Shown here: positions 27,628 to 43,623 of the stretch, in pieces | Layout of the letters: the number at the start of each line of letters is the position of its first letter | Position numbering within the stretch: the first letter of the stretch is position 1 | Assembly: GCF_009914755.1 (NCBI RefSeq) | Contig: NC_060926.1 | Length of the DNA stretch: 64,000 nt | Strand: one strand, 5' to 3' | From: the human T2T-CHM13v2.0 reference genome, Homo sapiens | The notes under the pieces: model-generated | The model's database searches: none | What the model was told of the DNA's origin: nothing | What the model saw: the letters and a program-made list of their open reading frames with translations, nothing else | Position numbers and translations under genes: made by a program

Positions 27628-29137
27628 TGTGTCCAAAATTGGTGGGTTCTTGGTCTCACTGACTTCAAGAATGAAGCTGCGCACCCTCGCAGTGAGTGTT
27701 ACAGTTCTTAAAGATGGTGTGTCCGGAGTTTGTTCCTTCTAATGTTCAGACATGTTCAGAGTTTCTTCCTTCTGGTGGGTTCATGGTCTCGCTGGCTTCA
27801 GGAGTGAAGCTGCAGACCTTTGCAGTGAGTGTTACAGCTCTTAAAGGCGGTGCATCTGGAGTTGTTTGTTCCTCCCGTCCGGAGTTGTTCATTACTCCCA
27901 GTGGGTTCGTGGTCTCGCTGGCCTGAGAAGTGAAGATGCAGACCTTCGCTGTGAGTGTTACATCTCATAAAGGCAGTGCGCACCCAAACAGTGAGCAGCA
28001 GCAAGATTTATTGCAAAGAGCTAAAGAACAAACCTTCCACAGTAAAGAAGGAGACCCCAGCGGGTTGTTGCTGCTGTCTTGGGCAGCCTGCTTTTATTCC
28101 CTTATCTGACCCCACCCACATCCTGCTGATTGGTCCATTTTACAGAGAGCTGATTGGTCCATTTTACAGAGAGCTGATTGGTCCGTTTTACAGAGAGCTG
28201 ATTGGTCTGTTTTGACAGGGTGCTGATTGGTGTGTTTACAATCCCTGAGCTAGACACAGAGTGCTGATTGGTGCATTTACAATCCTTTAGCTGGACATAA
28301 AAGTTCTCCAAGTCCTCACTAGATTAGCTAGACACAGAGCACTGATTGGTGCATTTCCAAACCTTGAGCTAGACACAGGGTGCTGATTGGTGCGTTTACA
28401 AACCTTGAGCTAGACACAGAGTGCTGATTGGTGCATCCACGAACCCCGAGCTAGACCCAGAATGCTGATGGGTGCATTTACAATCCTCCAGCTAGACACA
28501 AAAGTTCTCCAAGTCCCCAATCAACTCAGGAGCCCAGTTGGCTTTGCCTAGTGGATCCCACGCCAGGGCTGTGGGCAGAGCTGCCCTCCAGTCCCACACC
28601 ATGCGCCCGCACTCCTCAGCCCTTGGGCAGCCGATGGGACCGGGCGCTGTGGAGCAGGGGGTGGTGCTCGTCAGGGAGGCTTGGGCCATGCGGTAGCCCA
28701 TGGGGTGGGTGGGGAGGCTCAGGCATGGCGGGCTGCAGGTCCCGAGCCCTGCCCTGTGGGGAGGCAGCTGAGGCTCAATGAGAATTTGAGTGCATCGCTG
28801 GCGGGCCGGCACTGCTGGGGGACCCGGCGCACCCTCCACAGCTGCTGGCCTGCGTGCTAAGCCCCTCACAGCCAGGGGCCAGCCGGCTGCTCCAAGTGTG
28901 GGGCCCGCTGAGCCTGCATCCACCCGGAACTCATGCTGGCCCAGGTTCCTGCCCATGCCTCTCCCTCCACACCTCCCCACAAGCAGAGGGAGCCGGCTCT
29001 GGCCTCGGCCATCCCAGAGAGGGGCTCCCACAGTGCAGTGGCAGGCTGAAGGGCTCCTCAAGTGCAGCCAGAGTGGGCACCAAGGCCGAGGAGGCACTGA
29101 GAGCGAGCAAGGGCTGCCAGCACACTGTCACCTCTCA
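27628..29137 (-). mobile_element. Solo LTR12 (ERV9 LTR) inserted in an L2 remnant
   Basis: Minus strand starts TGAGAGGTGACAG and ends CCAATTTTGGACACA; tandem CCAAT repeats; TSD atgg/atgc. Confidence 0.96.
28091..28470 (-). promoter_or_regulatory. LTR12 U3 promoter/enhancer: nine CCAAT (NF-Y) boxes followed by a GATA/AATAAA TATA-like element
   Basis: ctgattgg x9 between 28126 and 28431 plus one mutated copy; cttttattcccttatc at 28091-28106. Confidence 0.75.
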
Positions 29138-29702
29138 ATGCCACACACTGTATGTGTTCCACACATTTACATTGCTTAATAGAGAACTTAAAATATGTTT
29201 CTCTCTTAGGGAGTATTTGCATTTTTATGGGAGATTTTTCAAAAATGCAATGTCTTCACCCACTAAAGAATAATCTCCCATGAAACTTTCAGAAAGTGGA
29301 AGATACATTTTGGCAGGAACCTTTTCCAGTGCTCTCCAAATCCTACCACATAGGCTCCTTTTTGCAATAATCCTAGCTCTGGTTGCTCATGACATGTTTT
29401 GAGTACTAATATTATCTTGCAGAGAATCCCTTTGATCTATTCAGTGTAACTAATCAGAACCATATGGCTTTGTCAGTGATGAGGCTCCCTAAATGACTGA
29501 TTGGCCGCCTAGTAGTTCCAACTCAAACAGCAGGATGAATTCCTCTGGGTACTTTCATACAGTACTAATGTGCAACTTAATTTGCTTGTATTAAAAAGAA
29601 ACTAACAAACACAAAAATGGTCTTCCAATACTAGCAATGATAACCAGAAAAACCAGTTTCTAAGCATAGCTCTGGTTCAGTTAGCTGTGAGACTTTTAAA
29701 GT

Positions 29703-29839
29703 TATTTTATTTTTTATTTTTTAGAAACAGGATCTTGCTATGTTGCCCAGGCTAGTCTTGAACCCCTGGTCTCAAGGGATCATCCTGCCTTGGCCTCCTG
29801 AGTAGCTGGGACTACAGACATGAGCCACCATTTCTGGCT
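29703..29839 (-). mobile_element. Alu monomer (FLAM-like)
   Basis: ttgctatgttgcccaggctagtcttgaac; gagactttt on both flanks. Confidence 0.85.
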
Positions 29840-30222
29840 AACAGAGAGACTTTTGCATATGGACATTTCTCTCTATTTATTCATTTATTTAATTGATATT
29901 TATTGACCTCCCACTAAATACCAGGCACTGTATAATGGCCTTGATATATAATAAGAAATGGTAGGGCATGGCTCTTTCTCTCTAGAACTATTCTGTAAAA
30001 TAGTGAACTTAAGTGAATATAAGAAAATTACACAATTTAAATAAGTCTTTCAGTCTTAGAAAAATGGTGATCTTAGTTAACTGAGGACAGATTTTACTTT
30101 CAGTGTTCTATGTTTCACTGTTCATCCTTCTATATCTTCCTCCAGCTTCCTATAAATTTATGCATTTTACATTTTATAAGGAAACATCTGCCATTTATTG
30201 AGTATTTTTCTGTTTTAGGTCT

Positions 30223-30591
30223 TGTAGTAGGTTGAATGATAGGCCTCCAAAAACTCATGTCCAAAAATTTATGAATGTGAACTTACTTGAAATTAGGGTC
30301 ACTGTAGATAAAGTGAAGTTAAGGATCTTGAGATGAGATGAGATCATCCTGGATTATCCAAATGGGTCCTAAATTCAATGGTAAATGCCACCTAAGAGAC
30401 AGAAGATAAGAAAACACACAGAGGGGAAAACCATGTGAAGACAGAGTCGGAAATTGGCGTGATGCAGCAGGAAGCCAAGGAATGCCTAAATCCACCATAA
30501 GCTAGAAGGCCCGGGGCCTCTAGAGAGGTGCAGTCTTGCCAACACCTTGATTTTGGACTTCTTGCCTCCTGAATTATGAGAGAATAAATTC
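30223..30591 (+). mobile_element. MLT1 (B/C-like) LTR, 3' end missing
   Basis: tgtagtaggttgaat...gagatcatcctggatt...aacaccttgattttggacttc...gagaataaatt. Confidence 0.8.
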
Positions 30592-31840
30592 CTAATATTA
30601 TTCCTAAAATTCAGAAAATCACTAAAGCCCAGAGTGGTTGATGAATTGGCCATGTTCTCATGCACAGTATTTGTTGGAGACTTAATCGAAACCCATTTCT
30701 ATTTGGTTCCAAAGCCCCTACCCTTTCTACCACCCCAGGCTTATTTAACATTAGGGCAGGAATGAATGATAATCTCAAATGGGCTATCTTGCTCATAATG
30801 CAAGGCATTCTTTATTGGTTCTGTATCATAGTACCCACCAGGATATTCAGGTAAAGTCAGGGCTGAGTGTTTTTCCCCTGTACCATTTTTCTCTCTTTTT
30901 CTTATTTAATTTTATCTTCAAGTTTTTTTCTTTCTTACCAAATTAAAATTATGTTTTATTCATTTATTTATTTATTTTCCAGGCATAATTCCCATTCATC
31001 TTTCCCTTTGCCATCAAGCTCACAATAACAAAAATATGCAGGCAACATAGTCTTTGCTGTAAGTTACAGTTTAGTACTGCTGCTAATGTGCGATAATGAC
31101 ATATTTCCCTTGAATGTTAAAATACCACCTTCTTCCTGGTGACTATACACCATATATAATCTTGTTTCAAAGATTTGTGGTTTTGTTTTTAAGTTGAGCT
31201 GGTTGCTTGTATTTCTTAAGACACTGAAGGCATAGTAGTTCAGAGGATATTTTCTCTCAGAAATATAACATTCTTCTGGATTTTAAAAATTAAAAAGATG
31301 TTATACTTTACACACTTATATGTAGAATTAGTGTCTACTGGAAACTAGTTTATCCCATTGCTGAGAAAGCATTTACAGAAACATTTAATGAGAAAGGAAT
31401 GCATTGTGTTTAAAGTAGTTAGTTGTCATTGATCTCTGATCTTGTCTACAAAAGATTTCATCCCAGTAGGGAATTATTTGTAGTGTCTGAAATTATGTGG
31501 TCTTACCTTAATTTATCCAAGATTTAAAACAATTCTATTAGCCTGACACTTACTGACCAATGTCATTTGTTGATTACATCCTAGTCCTTGGATTCCTCTC
31601 CTAATTCTTCTCTGATTCATAAAGCTGATTACCATAGCACTTGCGTTCTTTATTGAAGTAACTTTCGATTAAGATAAATGGAGGAAAAGGGAATGTCTAA
31701 ACTATTTATATCACTTACAGAGGCATAATTTAGTTGTGGAATAAGAGATTTCAATAACTTTTTCAAAAATCAATGATCAAGGAGACTAAGCTTGGATAAG
31801 ACACAGTCACAATGCAAAAGGCATTTTAAAGATGGAAAGA

Positions 31841-32150
<310 letters not shown>

Positions 32151-33082
32151 TTACTTACCGAACTATGGCATGACTGTGATTTGTTTTTCAAGGAATAGAG
32201 ATGTATTTACTAAGTGTTTCTTTTATCAGGTTCTATATATAGCCAACAATTTTAGTGAATTAAAAGTCCATAGACTTTGAAAGAAGAAAGGACCTTGACA
32301 ACATTTAGACCAAAGACTACTAGAATTTCAGAGACATTGACCTGGATTGAAAATAATGAGGATGAAATCTGTTACTCACTGGCAAAGTGGCCAAATAGAT
32401 CTGAGTAGACGCAAAGAGATGTTAAATTGCAGACATCTATGCTTTTCCTTTCTCTTTGGAGAGTTTTTGAGTGTCTCTTTCTTCTAACAAATATATGTTC
32501 TTTGTTTGGAGTTTCCTGCTATGTCTGAATTAGAATTGAAGGGAGTTTGTAGATTAGACTCTAATGATGGATAACAGGTCTCGTTAAAACTCTTAAAACT
32601 TTGCCTTTACACTATAGCTATCTAGGTCTACTTAAGGTAACTTTAAGATTACCAGGCATCTGTACATTTACTTTTATTGTGAATTTTTTTTCATTAAAAG
32701 CCAAGTATAGGCCAAAATATAGTGGAAACTCAAAATAGTTTCATCTCCTTTTTGCCTAAACTGTTTTATGGAAAAATGCCTTCACCACCCTGGTTAGTCT
32801 CTTCCCTGACTCACCTCATCTGTAAAGTTCTGGTATTGTTGGTCATGGTGGTGGTGGGGGAAGTCGCTGTATTTTAGCAGTGGTTTTAGACTCCTTGGAA
32901 AGTGCTTTAATGAAAGGAGATAAGAATGCAATTGTTACAATAAAATTACTAGTAACTATTCTTTTGGTTCCTAATCATTTGGCAATTATAAGTCTACCTA
33001 GGGCCTTGGATTCTAACTCCCATTAGATTTACATAAATCTCCTTGAAAGTTGGATGCTGTTTGATAAACAGCTTGTGGCATG

Positions 33083-34585
33083 TGTTATGGAATCTTTGGG
33101 CTGTTGCTTTTCTGGCCAGAAACCTCTGTGGCCAATGACACATTTGCCCAAGTTCTTGTCCTGCGTCTGGGAAGAATGAGTTATGCAGACAAGTGGAGGT
33201 TGAGCAAGATAAAGAGGAGCTTTACTGAGTGTTAGAACAGCTCAGAGGAGTCCTGCAGTGGGTAGCTCTTCTCTGTAGGCAGGTCATCCCCGTTGAGTGT
33301 CCAGCTCTCAGCAGAGAGGAGGCCCTGGACTGGGTGGCCCCTGTCTGCAGGCAGGTCCTCCCATCTCTGCAGCTCTTAGCAGAAAGGAGGCCTGGAGTGG
33401 GTAGCTCCTCTTTGCAGGCAGGTCGTCCCCATGGAGTGTTCAGCTCTCAGCAGAGAGGAGACCCTGGAGTGGGTGGCTCCTCTCTTGTAGGTAGGTCATC
33501 CTGATGAGTGTTCAGCTCTCAGCAGAGAGGGTAGCTCCTCTCTCTAGCTGGTCATTGGGATGTCTACAGCTCTCTGCAGCTGGTTGTCAGGATGTCTGCT
33601 CTGCTTTGCTCTGGCTGAGTCCTGAGGATTTTATGTTCTTCAGAGGGAGGAAGTGCATGCTGGTGAGTCCATGGGCAGCCATGGGTGGGGCCAGGAAAAA
33701 GCACCATGAGTTCCCCCTTGAGTTAGCAGGTCTGGCAGCCCCTACAGAGGCTTTAGGCCTTCCTAACACTGAAGGTGAGGCTTCACCAGGACCCGTCTGC
33801 TTCCGCCTAGGAGCCTATCCGCATCCTGCCATGATCTATGGCCCAAGAGCCTGTCTGCCTTCTGCTACGGTCCATGGTCCCTGGGCTGTTCTTGCTGAGG
33901 GGTGCCTGCAGGCCAGCGCTGAGCTGCCTCAAACCCCCTTCAGCTTCCCTCCTGTGCTCCTCAGTGCCCAAAGTCCAGAGGGGACAGAGGTGGCAGGGGG
34001 CTGGCATGTCAGGTCTCCCCTGAGTGTGCGCCCACCCCACTGGGCTGCGAAAGCCCCCTGGCTCAGCCCCAACCTTGCTCCACAATTGAAGTGGGTGCCC
34101 CGGGGGAGTGGAGAGAGGCCAGGCAGTGGGAGCAGGCACTTCTGGGCCTTCAGAGGGCAGGAGGTCGTTCCTGGGCCTCCAAGAGCACCGATATACCTGG
34201 GTCCACGGCTGGGCTTGGGTGGCTGCAGCTGCACCTGTGAGCTCCTACCCAGCAAAATTGGAAAGGGCAGGGCTCCCGCTTGTCCCCGGCTCCCCTGGCT
34301 CAGTAGAGCATGCAACCCCGGCCATGCCTCTGATATTGGAGCAGGCACTGACAGCAGGGAGAAGGCAGGCAGCAGGGAAAGGCACTTCCAAGCCTGCCCC
34401 CAAGAGCACAGAGAGGCCTGAATCTGGACAGCTGCAGCAGCACACAGGACTCCTGCCTGCTCCGTGGAGTGTGTGTGGAGCACGGTGCTCCTGCCTGCTC
34501 CGTGGAGTGTATAGCCCCAGCTGCACCTCCCTGCTGCAGCAGTGTTTTGGCAGTGGCCGCTCTAGATGGGCCACTGCTGCCATCA
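33083..34585 (-). mobile_element. MER52-family solo LTR (ERV1)
   Basis: Minus strand starts TGATGGCAGCAGTGGCCCATC and ends CCATAACA; internal cagctctcagcagagagg repeats; perfect TSD gcatg (33078-33082, 34586-34590). Confidence 0.9.
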
Positions 34586-34845
34586 GCATGTAGCAAAGGT
34601 AGGAAAGTGGGAGCTTTTTATTCCTGTGGGGAAGAATATTTTATCATTGACATCGTTTCAAATTGTGGATACTTGGAGATCTCAAGAAGCAAACCAGTCT
34701 CAGCTGGTTCTATTATTGTATTTATAATCTCTAAAGACAAAGTACTCACCCTGAGTATGTTAGTGGCAAATACATACACACACATACACACACACAGGCA
34801 CTCACACAAGATATATCATATTAGGTCTTTAAAAATGACATATTT

Positions 34846-35169
<324 letters not shown>

Positions 35170-35928
35170 TTAAAACTGGAGACCTGAGCACATTATGTCT
35201 ACAACATATTTCAGTGTGTAAGGACTACATGTATATATGTGTTATAGGGGTGGCCCAAGTCAACACTCAGGCTCATAAGGCCACCATATACTATATTTGG
35301 CACCAATCTACTTAGAAGAGGACTCTATCTTGCTAACAGAGCAGTGCCAGGCATTTCTCTTCTGCAGTAGTTTTGTAGCATTCTACGCAGCTAACAGGGA
35401 ATTATCTTCTCCCAAGTGATATCTCAGATACAAGGAGGTGAGATTTACATGGGTAAATTCCATAGCATCCCTTACTTACAAGCCACATGTCAAAATCTTA
35501 CTTACAAGCCAAGAGACAAAATCTCTTGTATTATCTCCATAAGCATAGCTTCCGGTGGCAATTTCTGGATACAGGCATCACTATACTTAGGGAAGGAAGC
35601 CCAAAGTGCGTGTCCCTACCGGGTGTCCCCAACACCTTCAATCATGTATTTGTATTTCTCCCAGTCAAAATGAAGTCTGGGATCATTTCTATAATATTAT
35701 AATCAATATTTTCTAGTAGCAGAGTTGACATTCTACCTTTATCTGTTGCCTAGAGAAACAAAGTTAGTTAACCAAAGGACAAATCCTCATAAAGCAGGGG
35801 AAGATGTTTTGTTAAATCAGTGCCCCCACTGAGTGATAGAGAGTCTAATTCAGCCACTAAGAAATCACCATACTTCATTAAAGCAATTTAGAACACAGAC
35901 AACTCAGTAGTAAGAAAACAACGCAATT

Positions 35929-36318
<390 letters not shown>

Positions 36319-36516
36319 TTAAACAATGTTCAAAATTACTATCATCAGGGAAATGCAAATTAAAACCACAGTAAGATATCACCTTATACTTGTTAGATTT
36401 ACAGTTATCAAAAAGACAAAAGGTAAGTGTGGCAAGGATGTGAAGAAAACAAAACCCTTGCACGCTGCTGGTAAGAATGTAAATTAGTAAAACCATCATG
36501 GAAAACAATCTGGATG

Positions 36517-37560
<1,044 letters not shown>

Positions 37561-37904
37561 AACCCAATCTGGATGTTTCTCAAGACATTAAAAATGAAAC
37601 ATATGAGCTAGCATTCCCACTACTGGGTATATACCAAAAGGAAGTGAAATCACCATGTTGAAGACGTATCTGCACTCTTATATTCATGGCAGCACTAGTT
37701 ACAGCACTATTCTTGCTCATCTGGAATGTAAAAACATTGATCTCTTAAAAGTAGAGAGTTAAGTGGCTGTTACCGGGGGTGGGGTGGTTGGGGTATTTAG
37801 AGAGATGTTGATAAAAGAATGCAAAATTTCAGTTAGATAGGAAAAATAAGTTCAAGAGATTTATTATACAACATTGTGACTATACTTAATAGTATTTTGA
37901 AGAA

Positions 37905-38080
37905 TGCAGTTGCATTGTTTGTAACTCAAAAGATAAATGCTTGAGGGGATGGATATCCCATTCTCCATGATGTGCTTATTTACATTGCATGCCTGTATCA
38001 AAACATCTCTTATACCCACATATAAATATATAAACCTATGTACCCACAGAAAATTTTTAAAATGATTTTCAAAAATTAAA
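37905..38080 (+). mobile_element. Short L1MA2/3-like 3' terminal fragment
   Basis: gataaatgcttgaggggatggatatccc...tatgtacccacagaaaatt. Confidence 0.75.
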
Positions 38081-38090
38081 AGAATATATA

Positions 38091-38887
38091 CAGTTGATCC
38101 TTGAACAACAGGTTTGAACTGTGTGGGTCTAGTTATATGTGGACTTCTTTCAATAAAAGTTCCAGAGAGTGAGCCTGCCTTTCCTGCCTCCCCTTCCACT
38201 CCCTTTACCTCTTCCACCCCTGAGACTACAAGACCCACCCCTGCTTCCTCCTCCTCAGCCTACTCAACATGAAGACAATGAGCATGAAGACCTTTATGAT
38301 GATCCACTTCCTATTAATGAATAATATATTTTCTCTTCCTTATGATTTAACATTTTCTTTTCTCTCTCTCTCTTTCTCTTTTTTTGAGACAGAGTCTCAC
38401 TCTGTCACCCAGGCTGGAGTGCAGTGGTGCAATCTTGGCTCACTCCAGTCTCCGCCTCTGGGTTCAAGTGATTCTCGTGCCTCAGCCTCCTGAGTAGCTG
38501 GGACCACAAGTGTGCACTTCCATGCCCAGCAAATTTTTCTATTTTTAGTAGAGATAGGGTTTCACTATGTTGGCCAGGCTGGTCATGAACTCCTGAACTC
38601 AAGTGATCCACCTGCCTCGGCCTCCGGAAGTGCTGGGATTACAGGCTTGAGCCACCACACCCAGCGGCATTTCCTTTTCTCTAGCTTACTTTATTGTAAG
38701 AATACAGTATATAATACATATAATTTATGAAATGTGTGTTAAGCAACTGTTTATGTTATTGATAAGACTTCCAGTCAACAGTAGGTTATTAGTAGTTAAG
38801 TTTTGGGGGAGTTAAAAGTTATATACAAGTTTTCAGCTGCACAAGGTTTTGGTACCTCTAACCCCAACGTTGTTCAAGAGTTGACTG
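38091..38887. mobile_element. Tigger2-type non-autonomous DNA transposon, interrupted by an Alu
   Basis: TIRs cagttgatccttgaacaac / gttgttcaagagttgactg flanked by TA. Confidence 0.88.
38362..38666 (-). mobile_element. Alu (J/S) nested in Tigger2
   Basis: Full dimer; TSD cattttcttttct/catttccttttct. Confidence 0.92.
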
Positions 38888-40896
38888 TATTGTAGTCTTA
38901 AAAAATGCTAAAAGAGTGGATGTAAAGTGCTTCTACCACAAAAATGATAACAATGTGAGATAATGTATATGTTAATTGGTTAGATTTAGTCATTCCACAG
39001 TGTATATACATGTGTTGTACATGATAAATACATAGTATTTCATGTGTTCGTTTAAAATTTTAATAAAAAAGAGAGAAATGCCTTACTAAAAAAATACAAA
39101 ATAATTTATTTTCTCAGTTGGATAATTACCTTTTTCTAGATTGAGCTTAGAGACTATTGGTAAGAAGATATTTCATTTATTAATGTATTATTTTTATTTT
39201 CTTACCTTCCAACATTATTTCTGGCTATACATGATTGATGATATTCTTGGTGCTTCCAAGGATATTTATATAAACATATAAAATGTTATAAGCATTAAAA
39301 TTATAAAGATTTTATATAAACATATAAGCATAAAATAATTTGGAAGCACTGAGAATATTGTTAATATATTATTTTCTTTTAAGGAGTAAAATATGTTTTT
39401 CTGAAGATATATAAGGATGACTCATTGGAGGTTGACTTTTTATTCCCCTGTATTTTTATTTGACCATAGCGATCAAAATATCAGATTATTCCTTAATATA
39501 GTACCCTGAAATCAATGTGCAAATGCTCAGTGCTGTAGGTGCTTGGGTCTAGCCTAGGAGTGTTTATGTGTGCACATGCATTTTCTAAAATGATAGTGCT
39601 GCTTATATATATTGTCGAGGCAAACATTTTATTTCAGAATGTTAAGGAAGCAAAGTAATTATGAAATATTTTCATTGATTTCCTTCCTTTAGAAGTTCTT
39701 GCATTCCTTTCATTTGTGAGTATAACCTTGGGACTCACAGACTTGAGAACAGCATGTAAGCACAGTGCCTTGATCCTCCCAGGAAAGCCAGCACTTATTA
39801 AACACCTGTTATTGGAGCTGTGTGCCCAGTTTAACACCATAATTCTAAAGATTTTTTAAAAATTTGGATATAATGCATACTAAGGAGATTAAAATATGGT
39901 TCAAAAGATATAAGAATAAAGATTAATTAGTCTGAGATAGAGAAAAGTGAAATAACCAACCTAACATGTACAAATCTAAGCATTCCTAAGTGTTTTGTAA
40001 TTTATTAAAATTTATAATGAAGTGTTCTGTGTTCTCTATATACAGAAACATTTATATGCTGTGTATTATATCAAAACCAGACCTAGGGTGCATTTCCTTG
40101 AAGTGATGTGAGTAGTTTTAAATTTTTCCCATCATGCTTGCTGAAATATTGTTCTCTTTTAGGGTAGATTGTGTGCACGTTACATTTGTATTGGCAAATA
40201 ACATTTAGTAGAAGGAAATAAATTCAAATCAGGTTGGATTTTCTTTCCTAACTGGCTTATCTCTATAACCAACAATTAGAAGATGATGGAAGATAGCGTA
40301 CAATTTGTTATGAAGATGTGTTATAAAACTGGTATAAAATGTATAGCATCAAGAAACATTTTAGAAAGGACTGTTCTTCAAAGTGACCACTTTCTTCTCT
40401 GGGAATGACTAAATAAGGGCTCAGAGAATCTTTCTCATCTACTATATTATATTGGATCATTTTTCTTCCATAGGTAAAGTTTAATAGGTGACTATGTCAA
40501 GATACATACTTACTAGATGCTATCTGAAGAACTGTGATATGCATCATGACATAAAACACGAAATTTGTAATGGCAGTTTGCCCACCAGGAATTTGATGTC
40601 ATAAATTATGTTGCTATGGAATAAGAATGATAATGTTACCTCCATTACTCATGTAGAAAATGCTCCATTTGTCCAGGATATAACAGTTTGCTAAAACCCT
40701 TTCATTTATCCGATTGTATCAATTATTTCCTTATTTTATGGCCATTTAATTGAATATCTTTCTATACTCAATTATTTTATTTAATAATTCATTTTACATT
40801 TATTGCCTACCTACTATGTAAGAGACATTGTTTTTGACACTTGGTAGTTTAGCGAAAAAGGAAAGATGAATACTTGCCATGTTCACAGTCTCAGAA

Positions 40897-41302
<406 letters not shown>

Positions 41303-41623
41303 CACGCTCAGAAATTTTTTATCTTCTATTATTTTTATACATACATATATATGTGCACTTTGTCATTTGGAATAAATGAGGGGATGAAAGATAAAGACAA
41401 ATGATATAGAACTCAAACCAGTGTAAATTGCTTTGGTTAAAAAATGGAGAAAAAAATTTAATAAGTGAAAAATATAATTGAATAAATTATCTGATGATAT
41501 AATCATGACTGGATAGAGAAACACTGCATAAACATTAAATGGAATCATTACTTCATGACTTAAAATACCCAAAGAGGGTTCATAGAGCATGTTGGCCAGA
41601 AGGAACAATATAATGAACTAAGC

Positions 41624-41720
41624 AGAGACTTGAGGCCAGTAGCTCCAGGCTGCGGTGTGCCATGATCATGCTGGTGAGTAGCCACTGCACTGCTCGTCAG
41701 CCTGGCCAACAGAGCAAGAC
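41624..41720 (+). mobile_element. Old Alu right-arm fragment
   Basis: cagcctggccaacagagcaagactccatctccaaaaaa. Confidence 0.7.
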
Positions 41721-42829
41721 TCCATCTCCAAAAAAAAAAGAGCAATTTACTGAATTGTCACATGGCTATGTCTCTGACTCTGAGCTTTTCAGGATTTCTA
41801 AAGAATGAGAAAAAGACATAGAGTTATCTGCAGATGGCTCAAATATAGGAAAAAGATCACTATGATAACACCTAGATTTCAACTTGTTTCATAGGCTTGA
41901 TGTCAGCATTCATATTTCAGGTCAAATGACACTTCTTTAGATAGGACATCACTAATGCTCAATTCAAATAAAACGTCCTCTCTCACTCTATATTACCATA
42001 TTATCTGTTTTATTTTCTTCATAATTGCATTATCTCACAATATTACTTGTTTGCTTGTGTATTATTTAGCACCCCAGATTAGAATATGAATTACATATGA
42101 ACAATAATTTTGTCAGTGCTGTTCATTACTGTGTTCCCAAGTGCCTGAAAGGTTTACAATAAATATTTCCTGAAGGAATAAATATGAATTAATGAATGAA
42201 TCTATGACAAACCCATTGAAATTATGTGGAGATAATTTTAGGTCAAGTCCTAAATAAATTGCATGTCTGCAAAGTAGAGGAGGCTTTTGTTGATGTTCTT
42301 TTAATTGACAAATATTGATTGAGAACTTGCTTTGTGATAAACAAAACAAAAGAACAATTTGATGATTTTAATTGTTCTGAAGCTTTAAAGGAACTGATGG
42401 CTACCACAATGTGAATGCAATCTTAATAGCATGAATTAAAATATCCTGTCCTGGGTAAGGGAGATAATCGCCATAAAATGTTTTGTACTAACAGAAACTT
42501 TCTTAAAAATTGTATTTAAACAAGGTCATTTAAATCATGCTGTGTTCAGAATATCACTGGCAGAATGATGAGGAATCTAGAAATCATCTTAATTTGAAGG
42601 TGTTTGAGGGGCCTTTGGCATTTGAATACTCAAAAGACAGAATTCAAGGCAATCACTGCTTCTGAAAATTGAGAGATGAACCCTGGAAAGGAGACAGACA
42701 GGAGGAGCTGCAAGCTCTTTGTATAAACTTTGTCTAAATCTCTGGCTGATCCTTAACATATTCATGCATGGAATAGATTCCAAATAGGTCAGCCAGGGAC
42801 AAAAGATATGAACTGAGACTTGAGGTGCC

Positions 42830-43146
42830 AACCAAGAGACAGAATTTGCAATCTGAGTTCAACCAAGTAAACTATCTGTGAAAACAAAAAAGCAACACCT
42901 TTCAGAGAAAAATAACAAAATCTGGGGTCTCCATATCACACCAACCTGAAACCAAAAGATCTACCATGAAATGACCCAAATGTTCCAATTAAACAAATTT
43001 AAACCAGCTATGAGAACTGTGTCAAGAACATAAAGGAATGTACACAGTACATTAAAAATTAGGAAATTTCAGTGGACAAAAATAAACTATAAAAAGAAAA
43101 AAATAGAATTTTAAAAACTAAAAATACTATATCCTCAATAATGAAC
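42830..43146 (+). mobile_element. Ancient L1M ORF1-region fragment
   Basis: A-rich aaactataaaaagaaaaaaatagaattttaaaaactaaaaatactatatc resembles old L1 ORF1. Confidence 0.45.
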
Positions 43147-43351
43147 CAGTAGTATACTTTCATAATCTCTTGTTGCTTCTCACTCACTTCCCTGTTAGGA
43201 GTTTTAGTGGTACTATGTATTTCACTTAGTATTGCAGAAATAACCAAATCTTGCCTTAGGATATCCAAAATTTCTGAATTTGCTTTTTACGTTGCCCAAG
43301 TGATAATGCAAAACAAAATCAGCCGCTGGGTATTCGCTATTAACCACCATT

Positions 43352-43623
43352 TCCTTTTTTTCTTTCTTTTCTTTTCTTTTTTTTTTTTTTTGAGACTGAG
43401 TTTTGATCTTGTCGCCCAGGCTGGGGTGCAATCTCGGCTCATTGCAACCTCCGCCACCCGGGTTCAAGCAATTCTCTTGCCTCAACCTCCCAAGCAGCTA
43501 GGATTATGGGCATGTGCCACCACACCCAGCTAATTTTGTATTTTTAGTAGAGACAGAGTTTCATCAGGTTGGCCAGGCTGGTCTCAAATTCCCGACCTTA
43601 GGCAATCTGCCCACCACGACCTC
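43352..43623 (-). mobile_element. AluS, 5'-truncated
   Basis: Poly-T, then Alu body ending ctgcccaccacgacctc. Confidence 0.9.

Noticed and set aside
28120-28500. Regularly spaced repeats resembling a CRISPR array
   Set aside because: These are the 24-bp and about 41-bp U3 tandem repeats of LTR12; no unique spacers, and the DNA is eukaryotic.
28492-29273. GC-rich ORF cluster
   Set aside because: LTR12 U3 sequence.
33504-34421. 305-aa ORF and overlapping ORFs
   Set aside because: Entirely inside the GC-rich MER52 LTR; several frames on both strands are open; no recognisable domain.
34450-34510. 23-bp direct repeat around the palindrome ggagcacggtgctcc
   Set aside because: MER52 LTRs have internal repeats; cannot be told apart from consensus structure without alignment.
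39234-39365. Pre-miRNA call for the long stem
   Set aside because: The 80-nt loop is far larger than in canonical pre-miRNAs; kept only as a structural finding.
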